Shown one piece after another: positions 1 through 10,010 of a stretch of 64,000 bases of DNA (the first letter of the stretch is position 1; each line of letters starts with the position of its first letter). The translations under genes were made by a program, and so were the position numbers. The stretch is from a virus: the IMG/VR virus record IMGVR_UViG_3300032893_000029, positions 1 to 64,000 of that record; one strand, written 5' to 3'. The notes beneath the pieces are model-generated. The model was not told the DNA's origin. It made no database searches and saw only the letters and a list, made by a program, of their open reading frames with translations.

Positions 1-1
1 T

Positions 2-433
2 GTCGCGAAGCCGGAAGCCGTTCGGACCATAGATGCAGTAGGCGTTCGGATCGTCGGGTGCCGACCAATCCGCTGACGACACCGGCACCCAGACCAGAGC
101 GCCGAGATTGGACGGCATCTGCTTTGTCGGTGGCGTCGGCGAGCCCAATCCGGAGACGAAACCCATCAGCACGTCGAACGGGATGACGCCGCCGAGCTCG
201 CCGATCTGGATCGGCGGCCGGTTGTACTGGCAGAACATCATCGGCACCGTGACGTTCGGCAGTGTCAGCGGCTTCAGGTTCGCCTCGAACTGCACCGTTA
301 CGATCGAGCCGGAGATCGCGACAACGGACGCCGGCAGCGCAAGGCCGCGCTTGGCGAAGCCGTCGGCAACCTTCTGCTTGATCCAGCGTTCCATAGACTT
401 CGTGAAGGGTTTCTTCTGACTGTAGTTCGCCAT
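2..433 (-). CDS. Baseplate spike (Gp138/gpV-like N-terminal OB-fold), runs off the left edge
   Basis: ATG at 433, MANYSQKKPFTKSMERW...LPASVVAISGSIVTVQF...LPNVTVP...PIQIGELG; follows the hub gene in a myophage baseplate block. Confidence 0.75.
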   Translation of the reverse strand, partial: MANYSQKKPFTKSMERWIKQKVADGFAKRGLALPASVVAISGSIVTVQFEANLKPLTLPNVTVPMMFCQYNRPPIQIGELGGVIPFDVLMGFVSGLGSPTPPTKQMPSNLGALVWVPVSSADWSAPDDPNAYCIYGPNGFRLRD

Positions 434-434
434 G

Positions 435-1445
435 TCAGCCCGTCGTCGAAACCGGTGTCGTCGCCGCGTCGAACACCGTCACCCAGGCATCGGCCTGGTC
501 CGAACGGAAGTCGCCGACGTGGCGGACATTGATGAGCTCGAAAGTCCCCTTGAATGTCGCATTGGCATTGACCAGCGGCGAAACGGCACCGGCAGACGAT
601 GTCACCAGCGCCGGCGGCATCGTAATGAAGTCCGCGATACTGAGATCCGCCCGCATCGGGCATTTGAATTGCAGGGTCGACGGATCGAGCCAGGTCGGCT
701 GGCCGATGAGCTCCTGGAACAGGATCGGCTTCGGCGTCGTCGACACGGTGCCGTCACTGACGACGATCTGGTTGCCCTTCAGCGAGATATCGACGCCGCG
801 GTAATTCGGGCTGTTGATCAGCGCCGCCGTGGTCTCCTTCAGGTATTCGGCGAACTGCTGAAGATTGTTATAGGCCCAGGGCTGATCTTCGGTCGCGACC
901 AGGTTCGGACTGATGTTGATCACGGGATCGGCGAGACCGGGAAACGCGTTGGTCAGAACGATGGCAAGCACGCCGGCGAGTTGGGTTCCCTTCTGCCAGG
1001 TGCCGGTGATGTTGACCGGATTGCTGTCGCTGCCGAGCGGCGGCACGATGATGAGATCCAGCGTCTGCTCGACATCGATCCAGTTGCCGAACGCCGGAAA
1101 CACCGTGCCTTTCACCAGAAGGCCGGCCTGCTTCGGGTTTTCCAGCGGCAGGCCCGCGGTGAACCCGCCATAGACTTCGATGCCGGCGCCGTTGAGATTG
1201 TTGGCCTGACTGATTTCCGCCAGCGCCGGGCCCTCGAGCTGCACCCAGCCCTGGCCCGCCGGTTCGGCATAGGGCGCGACGGGAATATCGATGTTGATGT
1301 TCATCGCCCCGAGCAGCGGGGTCCCGCTGGAGAGCCCGTTTGACGTGCTGGTGTAGCTCGAGCCGGTGTTCAGTCCGGCGAGTGAGCGCGGCACGATCAA
1401 GGCGCCGGTGTCGGGATTGGTCAGCTTGACGCTGTAATACCTCAC
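435..1445 (-). CDS. Baseplate hub protein
   Basis: 336 aa; LIGQPTW...CPMRADL...GTFELINVRHVGDFR C-terminal pattern typical of gp44/gpD-like hubs; synteny. Confidence 0.7.
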   Translation of the reverse strand: MRYYSVKLTNPDTGALIVPRSLAGLNTGSSYTSTSNGLSSGTPLLGAMNINIDIPVAPYAEPAGQGWVQLEGPALAEISQANNLNGAGIEVYGGFTAGLPLENPKQAGLLVKGTVFPAFGNWIDVEQTLDLIIVPPLGSDSNPVNITGTWQKGTQLAGVLAIVLTNAFPGLADPVINISPNLVATEDQPWAYNNLQQFAEYLKETTAALINSPNYRGVDISLKGNQIVVSDGTVSTTPKPILFQELIGQPTWLDPSTLQFKCPMRADLSIADFITMPPALVTSSAGAVSPLVNANATFKGTFELINVRHVGDFRSDQADAWVTVFDAATTPVSTTG

Positions 1446-1933
1446 GGCGAAATCTCGAATTGCTGCGCGTCTTCGCGGAAGACCAGCGTCGATTCCTCGA
1501 AATATCCGCCGGCGATATTGATGTCGTAGCTCGCCGTCCCGGGTACCGATGTCGGGCCGGGATAAGGGATCAGGTCATAGATGAACGTCGACGGACCGGT
1601 GATGAAACACTCCTGAAGGCCGTTGTAGGCGTCGGGCGTCGCGCCGGAGATCGTCAAATCGACGACATCGCCGATGACATAGCCGTGCGGTTCCGATGTC
1701 GTCGCTTCGGCCTGGTTGCCGGACCAGGTCAGCGTCTCGATCGCGATACCTGTCGGCGAACCGATGAGCGGCAGATAGAAGATCGTCGTGCCGCTCAAGT
1801 CCTCGAGCTCGATGTACCAGCGCTGCCCGGCGCCGAGCCATTTCACCGATGCGGTGTAGACATTGCCGTCGAGCGTCGGCTGAAAGACGAAAGGGCCTGT
1901 GGGCGACGGCGTGAACCGGACGATCGTCGTCAT
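1442..1933 (-). CDS. Baseplate plug/assembly protein with an inserted FCCH-like beta domain
   Basis: MTTIVRFTPS..PFVFQPTLDGNVY..WYIELEDLSG; ATG 1933 overlaps the upstream stop. Confidence 0.65.
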   Translation of the reverse strand: MTTIVRFTPSPTGPFVFQPTLDGNVYTASVKWLGAGQRWYIELEDLSGTTIFYLPLIGSPTGIAIETLTWSGNQAEATTSEPHGYVIGDVVDLTISGATPDAYNGLQECFITGPSTFIYDLIPYPGPTSVPGTASYDINIAGGYFEESTLVFREDAQQFEISP

Positions 1934-2670
1934 AGCGGAGGTCCGGCCGGCGCCGATATCTGCGCCGCACCGGCGCCGCTCGCCGCCGGCACGACGCTCG
2001 ATGTGACGACGCTGCCGGGCTGTCCCTGTGTCGCCGAAAGACCGGACCACGGCAACATGCCGTTCTCGCTGAGCACCTGAGCGCCGGACTGATAGCGTGT
2101 CATCAGGCTGTTCGCCGCCTGGTCTGCCTGCGCCACGGTGAGCAGCGGTTGCCAGAATTCCCAGATGTAGATGTTCTGGACCTGCTTGTCGGCGCCTTCT
2201 GGACCCTGATCCCTGATCTCATTGAGAAGAAGGCTGTCGTAGATCAGCGCCGGCGACGAATAGATGAAGCTGCCGCCCAGGGCGACGTGCTGTTGCAGCG
2301 TCTGCTTCAGCGATGTCATCACGGCCTGCTTCGTCGTATAGCCGCCATTGGTCTTCGCCGGGCAGATCATCTTGACGCTCAGCGTCAACGGATCTGCGAT
2401 CGCTGCATTAGCCGCGACGTTCTGGTTGGCATAGGGGTATTGGCCATACCGGAATTTCAGCAATGTCGAGCCGGGCTCGATCTTGTAGGTCGCGAAGAAG
2501 TCGCTGGCATTCATCGGCGTTGTCGTCGCCGGGCTATAGACGCCGTTGGCGAAGCTGCCGGGCTCCGTCAGAGCGACGATCGGCATCATGCCGCCCTGCA
2601 TGATGTTGGCGACGCCGCCGACAAGCGTGATCGGGCAGATCGTATAGTTGTACTCGAAATCGGTGATCAT
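1930..2670 (-). CDS. Baseplate/tail tube initiator protein
   Basis: 246 aa immediately downstream of the tape measure gene; synteny. Confidence 0.6.
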   Translation of the reverse strand: MITDFEYNYTICPITLVGGVANIMQGGMMPIVALTEPGSFANGVYSPATTTPMNASDFFATYKIEPGSTLLKFRYGQYPYANQNVAANAAIADPLTLSVKMICPAKTNGGYTTKQAVMTSLKQTLQQHVALGGSFIYSSPALIYDSLLLNEIRDQGPEGADKQVQNIYIWEFWQPLLTVAQADQAANSLMTRYQSGAQVLSENGMLPWSGLSATQGQPGSVVTSSVVPAASGAGAAQISAPAGPPL

Positions 2671-4475
2671 CGCGGCAATTGGGTCGCGTTGACGCTGATG
2701 TTGCCGCCGGTCCTGTCATGGATCGTCACGGCGACCGCGGCGTGCTGTTTGGTCTTCATCGCAGCGACGATGCGGCGCGCCAGGCTGGCATCCGGATTCG
2801 CCGGGTTCTCATATTCCCGCTCGATGATGCGGACCTTTTCCGCCAGCGTCGTCGCCCGCCGGAGCTCGTCGCCGACCTTCTTGTAGGGGCCCTTTGTAAG
2901 TTCCCAATTCATGAAGGCGAGTTGCGTCAGTCTTTCGTCATAGGCGCCCTCGATCGTGACGCCGTGTTCCCGCTCGAATTTCTTCAGCGCGGCGAGCCGG
3001 GCGCCGTGCCACTGAAACAGGCCATACGATGTTCCTTTGTCGCCGACCTTGGTTGGATCTTCGCCGCTCTCCCACATCGCGTTGCCCTGGAGCGCCGCGG
3101 CGGTGTCGGCATCCCAGCCCATGCGGCGGATGTCGATGTTGGTTTCGAGACTGCCGAAGCCGCCGCGTCTGCTGAGCCAGGAGCCCGGATCGTACCAACG
3201 AAACGGCCGGTTCGGATCGGCGTCGAAAAGCCGGTTGTAATTGCCCTTCGGATCGGCCGCGTAATCTTCGCGCTGGCCCTTGATGTACCCCGCGGTACCG
3301 AAAGCAACGGCGCCGGCGGGACCGCCGGCGACGAAACCGACAGCGGCGTGAACTGCGGTTTCACGAAAGGTCTGCTTCCCCAGCGTCTTCAACGCATCGC
3401 TGACCGCGATCGACAGGTTCTTCACATCGACGATGAAGCCCTTTATGTCGGTCTTGAAGTCCGGACTGCCGAGATAGGTCGCGAGGGCCTCGAGCTCTTT
3501 CTTCACCTCCGGGCTTTTCAGGAATGCGGTGATCACGCCGGCCGCGGCCGTGCTCAACCGTCCCAGCGTCGGGATCAAAGGATGCAGGCCTTCGATCAGC
3601 GCGGTCTCGATGACGTTTTTTGAGGACTTCAGCGCCTTGTCGAAATCCTGCCAGTGCTCCAGCACGCTATCCTGAAGGCCAAGCGTCTTACGTTCGGTCT
3701 CGTATTGCCGGATCAGATCGTTGAGCTCGCCGGGGCGCTGTTTCAGCCGGCGGAGCTCTTCGACATCGATGCCGAGTTCGCTGAGCCCATAGATCTGTGC
3801 GGCCTGGCCAAGAAATTGCGTCGGCGTCTTCTGCGCGATGTCGGCGGCGTGACGCAGCAACGACACCGCCACGCTTGCGGTGTCGCCGGCGAGCTCCTGT
3901 TGCGACAGCCCGGCGCGGATCAGGTTGGACCGCTTCTGGATGTCGGTCAGCGCGGCGTTGACATTGCCGAGCACGCTGTCGGGATCGACGAAGCGGCTGA
4001 ACTCCAGACCAAAAGCCTGCTGTTCGCCGGCAGAGACGCCGAGCCCCATCGCCGATCGCCGGCGTGCCGATGCCGACTGCGCCAGGGCATCAAGACCAAA
4101 AAGGCCGGCACCCCCCAATCCGAGGATGCCGGCCGCGCCGATGCCGCCCCATTTCAGGAGCCGGCTTCCAATGGTTGTGACGGAGGAGACGATGCCTTTG
4201 AACTCGCTGCCGACCGCGGACCAGTATTCGCGGGAGCGACGGCCCTGTTCGACGATCCGCTCATTCTCTTCGCGGAAGGCCTTTGCCAGATCGACGACAC
4301 CGACCAGGCCGGCACCGAGATTGCCGAAATCGATCTTGTTGGCCGACACCGCGGCGTCATCGAAGGCCGCGGGAACCTGCTTTACATCCTCAAAAAAGCT
4401 CTGCCACTTCTTCAGAAAGTCGCCGAGTTTTCCCTTTGGGTCGATGTCGATGTCGAGGATCGGCTTGATTGTCAT
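2667..4475 (-). CDS. Tape measure protein with C-terminal phage tail lysozyme domain
   Basis: 602 aa, helical and Ala/Gly-rich; AAALQGNAMWESG..GDKGTSYGLFQWHGAR..QLAFMNWEL motif of the phage tail lysozyme family. Confidence 0.85.
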   Translation of the reverse strand: MTIKPILDIDIDPKGKLGDFLKKWQSFFEDVKQVPAAFDDAAVSANKIDFGNLGAGLVGVVDLAKAFREENERIVEQGRRSREYWSAVGSEFKGIVSSVTTIGSRLLKWGGIGAAGILGLGGAGLFGLDALAQSASARRRSAMGLGVSAGEQQAFGLEFSRFVDPDSVLGNVNAALTDIQKRSNLIRAGLSQQELAGDTASVAVSLLRHAADIAQKTPTQFLGQAAQIYGLSELGIDVEELRRLKQRPGELNDLIRQYETERKTLGLQDSVLEHWQDFDKALKSSKNVIETALIEGLHPLIPTLGRLSTAAAGVITAFLKSPEVKKELEALATYLGSPDFKTDIKGFIVDVKNLSIAVSDALKTLGKQTFRETAVHAAVGFVAGGPAGAVAFGTAGYIKGQREDYAADPKGNYNRLFDADPNRPFRWYDPGSWLSRRGGFGSLETNIDIRRMGWDADTAAALQGNAMWESGEDPTKVGDKGTSYGLFQWHGARLAALKKFEREHGVTIEGAYDERLTQLAFMNWELTKGPYKKVGDELRRATTLAEKVRIIEREYENPANPDASLARRIVAAMKTKQHAAVAVTIHDRTGGNISVNATQLPR

Positions 4476-4478
4476 GCC

Positions 4479-4709
4479 TCACCTCTTGTCCAAAGCGGCC
4501 AGCATGTAGCGATTGCGGAACTGGTGGGCGCTTTCATAGTCGAGCTCGTAGTGCTGCGCCAATTCGGCGAAGCCCTCATTCGCAGCCCAATCGAGAAGTC
4601 TTGCGACTAGGCCGCCGGCGTCTTCGCGGAAGAACTGTCTGTCGCGGTCGATATCGGCAATGAACTCTGGAACTCCATAGCCCTCGATGACGTAAGTTGC
4701 CCGTCCCAC
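4479..4709 (-). CDS. Tail assembly chaperone C-terminal part (probable -1 frameshift extension)
   Basis: In the -1 frame relative to 4607-5176; this frame is open from the T8 run at 4775-4782 to the stop at 4479, just before the tape measure gene. Confidence 0.5.
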   Translation of the reverse strand: MGRATYVIEGYGVPEFIADIDRDRQFFREDAGGLVARLLDWAANEGFAELAQHYELDYESAHQFRNRYMLAALDKR

Positions 4710-5176
4710 ACTTTCAAAAGCGGCCTGAATGTCTGTTCCAGCGTCTTCTTCGCCTCGATCGACGAGGCCAAGATAAAAAAAACGATGGCGTTCCGCGTCA
4801 GATCGCCGGCTTCTTCGTCGATGCGGCCCTGTTTCAGGGCGGTGTCCAGCGGCAGCATTTCCCAGCCGTTGTCGCCGGCGACAAAGACATTTGTCAGCCG
4901 GATCATTTCGTTGATCAAGCCGTTCTCGACGCCGTCGGGACCGTCCCAGACATTGTCCTGCTTCGCGATGTCCTCGATGGTCAGCGCGGCGGTGCGCCAG
5001 CCCGCGGTCCAGACATAGCGGAGACCTTCGCCCCAGATCTGCGAATAGGCCTTGGCGATGATCCTGTAGTAGCGGCGGAAGACATCGGCGGAGAGCGGCG
5101 CGGCATGGACAAAGATCTGCCCGTCGCCGCTGTCGACGGAGAATGTGAGATTGAGCTTCTTGTCGATCCGGATCAT
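4607..5176 (-). CDS. Tail assembly chaperone
   Basis: 189 aa between the tail tube and tape measure genes. Confidence 0.7.
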   Translation of the reverse strand: MIRIDKKLNLTFSVDSGDGQIFVHAAPLSADVFRRYYRIIAKAYSQIWGEGLRYVWTAGWRTAALTIEDIAKQDNVWDGPDGVENGLINEMIRLTNVFVAGDNGWEMLPLDTALKQGRIDEEAGDLTRNAIVFFILASSIEAKKTLEQTFRPLLKVWDGQLTSSRAMEFQSSLPISTATDSSSAKTPAA

Positions 5177-5640
5177 GAGCCGGCGCCGTTATAGAGATCG
5201 GAATTGATCGGATAGAAGCCCCTGATGCGGAGCCGGTAGCCGTTGTCGCGGCCGTTGAACGTCAACTGCTCGACGCCGCCGATAGAGCAGTTCCGCAGGA
5301 TGTACGGCGACAGCTTCGACGAATCCGGGCGGACCGTGATGTCGCCGAGATCGGAATTGGTCTCCATCTTCCGCTTGTAGCTGTCGGCGAAGGCCTGCGA
5401 AGTCAGAAGATGGCAGCGGAGCTCCGACATCAGATAGGGCTGCGGCGACTTCGTCGCCCCGGTCGCATTTTCGATGTATTCGACGGAATCGCCGGTGAAG
5501 GCCAATTGCAGCATTTCGCGGCCGAGATAGGGCGCCGTGATGTTGTAGGCCGTGAACAGCGGAATCGTCACGCTGCCGCGGACCCGATTGAGAAGACCCT
5601 GCGGCACATTCGGGTTCACGCCCGGAGAATTACCTGGCAT
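5173..5640 (-). CDS. Tail tube protein
   Basis: 155 aa beta-rich protein directly after the sheath; NPNVPQGLLNRVRGSV N-terminus. Confidence 0.75.
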   Translation of the reverse strand: MPGNSPGVNPNVPQGLLNRVRGSVTIPLFTAYNITAPYLGREMLQLAFTGDSVEYIENATGATKSPQPYLMSELRCHLLTSQAFADSYKRKMETNSDLGDITVRPDSSKLSPYILRNCSIGGVEQLTFNGRDNGYRLRIRGFYPINSDLYNGAGS

Positions 5641-5658
5641 TGAAGCATCTCCTCGAGA

Positions 5659-7053
5659 TTACGGGAATTGGACGGCGTTGAGATTGATGATGACCTGCTC
5701 AAAGCCGAGTTGCGGCGAGAACGCGACCTGGAGACCGCCGTATTTCCGGGCCTGATAGTTCGACGGGTTCAGCAAGACATACGTCGTGAACGGCACGGCG
5801 TTGATGGCGATGTTGCCGGCATAGACGCCGTTGGTGACGTTGTTGGCGAATGTCGTCGGATCGGTTTCGACCAGGATCGGATTTCCGAGCAGGAGACCAT
5901 AACTGACGCCGGTGGCGCAGACGCCCTCCTCGACGCTCTGCAAGGTGTTGATGCCGGCCTGGTCGTAGTACAGCGGCGCCAGCGGATCGTTTGAGCCATT
6001 GATCACGGCGTTGGTCAGCGCCAGATCGGATTGCAGGATCAGCCAGTCGATCGAGTACCAGTAATCGATGGCGTTGACATCCATCGTGGTGCCGTAGGCG
6101 AGCATGGCGTTTGAGATCCCGCCTTCCGCGGCGGATTTCACGATGTTGACGCCCGCGGCCTTGAGCTCAGCCAGGATCGTCGAGTTGCCGGCCTTCGGAT
6201 ACACCGTGACATCGAACTGGAAGTTGTAGCAGAACTGCGTCGCCTTGTTCGTCGCGCTTGGATTGCGGTTCAGCACGTTGAACATCGTGGCGACGACACT
6301 GAACTCCGTCGCCGGCGCCGCCGGCGCCTGGACTTCACCGATCACCGACTTGACGCCGGCAAAACTGGTGTAGTTCCCCGTCGTCATAGTGGTGTCGAAA
6401 TAAGTCATGTCGTTGGTCGCTTCGTATTCTTCGACCAGCGTCACGTATGTCGATTGCGAGGACCATTCCGGCGGGACGCAGTAATGATAGAAATATCCGA
6501 CATCGCCGTCCTCGTATTCGGTGTTCGGATATTTTTCGAGATAGGTCGCCAGCGCCGCGATGGCATTGACGCTCCCCAGCGCGCCGAGCTCGAGCACATA
6601 GACGGCAAGCGTCGAGCCCTGGGCCCACCACTCCGCATTCATGTCCGTGACTTCCGCGACGGACACCGAAACATAGGTGCCGAGCACGGTTTCCGAGCCG
6701 GGATTCCCTGCCAGCGGATAGGTGAAGGCCGACGCGCCGGTGATCGTACAGGGGAAGGTGCCGTTGTAGCCCGACGGTGTGCAGCCCGCGATCGTCAGAT
6801 TGACTATGTCGCCGATCTGGAACGGCAACGGCGCCTCTGTTGTCGCCGATACCGTACCGCCGGACCAGGACAGCGAGGCCAGCGCCGCGGCGGGGGTCAG
6901 GATCGATGCGAGATCGGTTTCCGCGGTGAGAAGCTGGATCGACCCGGCGGTCAGCGTCGTGCCGCCGTGGCTGACGAAGCAGCCGGTGTTCTGCAACGTC
7001 AGCGGTTCGGCGGCGACGCTCTGAGTTGCATTTACGACAGTGATGTCACCCAT
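5659..7053 (-). CDS. Tail sheath protein (DUF3383-like)
   Basis: 464 aa; DYWYSIDW..NAVINGSN..PLYYDQAGINTL sheath C-terminal pattern. Confidence 0.85.
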   Translation of the reverse strand: MGDITVVNATQSVAAEPLTLQNTGCFVSHGGTTLTAGSIQLLTAETDLASILTPAAALASLSWSGGTVSATTEAPLPFQIGDIVNLTIAGCTPSGYNGTFPCTITGASAFTYPLAGNPGSETVLGTYVSVSVAEVTDMNAEWWAQGSTLAVYVLELGALGSVNAIAALATYLEKYPNTEYEDGDVGYFYHYCVPPEWSSQSTYVTLVEEYEATNDMTYFDTTMTTGNYTSFAGVKSVIGEVQAPAAPATEFSVVATMFNVLNRNPSATNKATQFCYNFQFDVTVYPKAGNSTILAELKAAGVNIVKSAAEGGISNAMLAYGTTMDVNAIDYWYSIDWLILQSDLALTNAVINGSNDPLAPLYYDQAGINTLQSVEEGVCATGVSYGLLLGNPILVETDPTTFANNVTNGVYAGNIAINAVPFTTYVLLNPSNYQARKYGGLQVAFSPQLGFEQVIINLNAVQFP

Positions 7054-7079
7054 ACCGGGGTCCCCTCTCTAGAGCGCGC

Positions 7080-7544
7080 TTACTGCTGGAAGCCGTGCGC
7101 GTTGACCGCGGCGTTGGTGTTGCCGGAGCCCAGCGCCGGCAACGTCAAGACGATCGCGGTATCGACGGCCGATGCCGGAAGCGGCTTCGGGAAGTTGACG
7201 ACAAGCGGCGTCAATCCGGTGTTGACGCCGGCAGGCACCGCGATGATGAAGGTCATCGTACCGCCGAGAAGCCCGGTCAGCGTAGCCTCGACGACGCCGG
7301 CGGCAGTTGCGCCGGTACCGGTGATGACGAAGCCATCGATGTAGGTTGTCTTCCCCGCGACTGCGGCCAACGTTGCCACCGCGGCAGCATTGGCGACATT
7401 GCCGCTGGCACCGATGATCTGCGTCTGTTCCGCCGCCGGCGGTTCATCCGAAATGATGAGATAGCCGTTGCCATCGACCTGGACCGGCATCTGCTTACCG
7501 CTCGGGTTCTGCCCGAACATATTTCCCTGGATTCCGTTCTGCAT
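7080..7544 (-). CDS. Hypothetical virion decoration protein
   Basis: ATG 7544 with GAGGAG RBS; Ala/Gly/Thr-rich beta-sandwich-like sequence. Confidence 0.55.
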   Translation of the reverse strand: MQNGIQGNMFGQNPSGKQMPVQVDGNGYLIISDEPPAAEQTQIIGASGNVANAAAVATLAAVAGKTTYIDGFVITGTGATAAGVVEATLTGLLGGTMTFIIAVPAGVNTGLTPLVVNFPKPLPASAVDTAIVLTLPALGSGNTNAAVNAHGFQQ

Positions 7545-7557
7545 CGTCTGGTTCTCC

Positions 7558-8055
7558 TCAAGAAGCGGCGCAGAGCACGCCGACATTCGACAGATTTGCG
7601 GTGGCAACGCCGGTGTTCTGGATCGTCACGGCGAGCGCCTGAAACGGCACCCGATCGACGAAGCCGGTCCATGCCGGCTCATCGGCGAGCATGTTGATCG
7701 TCACAAGACCGCCGACTGGAATCCGCCCGGCCGTGTCGAGGTAGCGCTGTGCCGTCAAGATTCCGGTCAGCGACAACTCTGCGCCGATCGACACCAGCAA
7801 AAACCCTTCGCAGAGAATGAAGCCGCTGTCCCAGGTGTCATCCGCTGCGAGTGTCGACGGCGCCGGCATCGGGATCGTCGGGGTGAACAGCGGCGTCGCC
7901 GTCACCGGCAACGGATTGGAATCCGACACCGGCAGGCCGTTGATTTCGGGAACGGAATGCGGCGTCAGTTGACCGGCATCGTTCCTTTCGGCCTGAAGCG
8001 GGACCTTGTTCTTGAAGGCGTCAAGAACGGTGAGGGAGACAGTCTCGTCCGCCAT
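7558..8055 (-). CDS. Hypothetical virion protein, paralog of 17990-18361
   Basis: TLAADDTWDSG..QRYLDTAG..VTIQNTG aligns with TLAAGATWNSG..QRYGDTAG..VTFENTG. Confidence 0.6.
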   Translation of the reverse strand: MADETVSLTVLDAFKNKVPLQAERNDAGQLTPHSVPEINGLPVSDSNPLPVTATPLFTPTIPMPAPSTLAADDTWDSGFILCEGFLLVSIGAELSLTGILTAQRYLDTAGRIPVGGLVTINMLADEPAWTGFVDRVPFQALAVTIQNTGVATANLSNVGVLCAAS

Positions 8056-9174
8056 CTATACCCCCGCGAAAACGGCGAGATAGCCGCTGTTGTCCGGATC
8101 GGAAAAATCGAGCGACGGCTGTTCCACGATCGGCGGAATCGGGCCGGCGCCTGACGGGAAGAACTCCGGAATGCATTCCTCGATCAGCGCCCGCGCGATC
8201 TGGTTCATCCGCTGCTGGAAGTAATTGATCTCAAAAACGATCTCTTTCTTCTGCACGATGACGCCGAGCTCGGTCTGCACCCGATGCAGGTCCTTGATCA
8301 CGGGCATGTTCATGATGCCGAAGTCGTCGGGATTGTTCTCTGCCCATTGCTGGACGAAGTCGGCGAAATCCAGCGCGGCGTCGTTGTTCAGGCCGAACAG
8401 CGTGATGCGGACGGTTTCCTTGCAGATCTGCCAGCGGTTCATCTGGCTGTCGAAACTCGGGGCCGAAGCCAGGGCTTCCGTCGTTTCCGGCGAGATGAAG
8501 ACCGAACCCCACGGCGGCGTCAGATTGGCCGGAACCAGAAACGCCGGATAAAGCGGGATGTCGTTGCCGAAGGCCTCATAGAACGCCGGCGTGTAATAAT
8601 TCATCTTCAGCCACAACGGCAGGCTGTTCGACACGATCTGCTTGGTCTGAAGATCGCTGAGCTCGTCGACAAGCTGGATCGCGGTGTCGGGATAGACGGC
8701 GTCGCCTTCGTAGTGCCACAGCCCGGCGGCGCGATAGAGCAGGCCGTGCGAACCGAAGGCGAAAGTCAGATCCTTGTAGCGGCCGATCCAAAGCTGGTTC
8801 GGCCCGACCTGGTTGAGCTTTTCGATCGGGCCTTCCGACGTGAAGACCATCCGATTGACGGAGAAGTTCTGGTCTTCCCTCTGGTCGCGCCGCGAGGCGT
8901 AGTGCAGCGAGCCGCGTTGCGTGAAGGTCGACGCCGGCGCCGCCAGGGTCTGCGGCGTGTTCAACGGGACTTCGTTGAAGCCCATCACGTTGAACAAAGT
9001 GCTCTTGCTGACCAGATCGGACTTGACCCAGAAGACATAGCCGTCCAGCGGCAGTGCGACGCGGACGTAAAGCGTGAAGCAGACTTCTTGCTGTTCCGAG
9101 ATCGCCCGCTCGCCCTGCTTCAGGGCGGCGTCCAGCGGCGATGCTACATCGGCGCCTTCGTCAAGCGACGGCAT
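8056..9174 (-). CDS. Neck/tail completion protein
   Basis: 372 aa upstream of the sheath; YVRVALPLDGYVFWV..GIMNMPVI pattern. Confidence 0.6.
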   Translation of the reverse strand: MPSLDEGADVASPLDAALKQGERAISEQQEVCFTLYVRVALPLDGYVFWVKSDLVSKSTLFNVMGFNEVPLNTPQTLAAPASTFTQRGSLHYASRRDQREDQNFSVNRMVFTSEGPIEKLNQVGPNQLWIGRYKDLTFAFGSHGLLYRAAGLWHYEGDAVYPDTAIQLVDELSDLQTKQIVSNSLPLWLKMNYYTPAFYEAFGNDIPLYPAFLVPANLTPPWGSVFISPETTEALASAPSFDSQMNRWQICKETVRITLFGLNNDAALDFADFVQQWAENNPDDFGIMNMPVIKDLHRVQTELGVIVQKKEIVFEINYFQQRMNQIARALIEECIPEFFPSGAGPIPPIVEQPSLDFSDPDNSGYLAVFAGV

Positions 9175-9481
9175 TCAGATACGACCAGCCGTAATGCGCG
9201 AGATAGGACGCCTTGAAGGCCATCCTGATGCCGCCGCTCCGCGCCCAGGCCTTTTCGCGTTCGATCCACATCATGCGGATCGCCGCGCCGCCGGCGCCTC
9301 TGAGCATGTGGATCGAGCGGTCCGGTGTTCCCGTCGGGGGGAGACATGCTGCCTCCCCCGCGATCGGTGCCCCACGGCGTTCGGGTTCGACGCCGTAATC
9401 GACATAGCCGCCGCCGGGACGGAACCAGTGCGTCACCAGGCTCTTGCCGGCGCGTTGTGCGGTCGAGACTTCAATGCTCAA
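9161..9481 (-). CDS. Hypothetical protein
   Basis: 106-aa ORF overlapping both neighbours in the operon. Confidence 0.5.
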   Translation of the reverse strand: MSIEVSTAQRAGKSLVTHWFRPGGGYVDYGVEPERRGAPIAGEAACLPPTGTPDRSIHMLRGAGGAAIRMMWIEREKAWARSGGIRMAFKASYLAHYGWSYLNAVA

Positions 9482-10010
9482 CGATCACCTCCGCTACAGC
9501 GGCATTCTGGAACGTCGCGGTGTCGATCAGCGACGGCCGCGGCGGATTTGTTTTCGCATAGGGATGCCGGAGGCGGTGATTGATGCCGCCCTGCCGGTAC
9601 GGCGTCTTGCCCGATGCGATCGTCGGCAGGCCGCGCAATTCGGCGCCGGGATAGGTCTCGATTTCCGAATTGGCGAGAAACTGTTTGAACATCGTCGTGA
9701 TCCGAGACGACGGACCGCCGAACGGATCGAGTGTCAGCGGCGCCCCCATCATCAAGGCCTCGACGGTGTCGGCCAGCCCGGTCTCGATTTCGGCGACGAT
9801 TTCGGCCTCGTGCATTTCGAAGAAGACGGCGAAGACTTCGTAATTCCGCTCCAGCCATTCAGCGACTTCGCCGGTTGTCACCGGATCGGCCGCTTTCTGC
9901 ACCTTGGCCTTCTTCGATTTCTTCTTCGCCGGCCTTTTCGGCTTCTGACTGTGCGTATACGGCATGTCGATGACACCGAAGCGGAGCTTCAGCTTCACGA
10001 CAGACCCCAC
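9471..10010 (-). CDS. Neck protein (HK97 gp10-like)
   Basis: C-terminal PRPSLIDTATF motif; position after the head-tail adaptor. Confidence 0.65.
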   Translation of the reverse strand: MGSVVKLKLRFGVIDMPYTHSQKPKRPAKKKSKKAKVQKAADPVTTGEVAEWLERNYEVFAVFFEMHEAEIVAEIETGLADTVEALMMGAPLTLDPFGGPSSRITTMFKQFLANSEIETYPGAELRGLPTIASGKTPYRQGGINHRLRHPYAKTNPPRPSLIDTATFQNAAVAEVIVEH

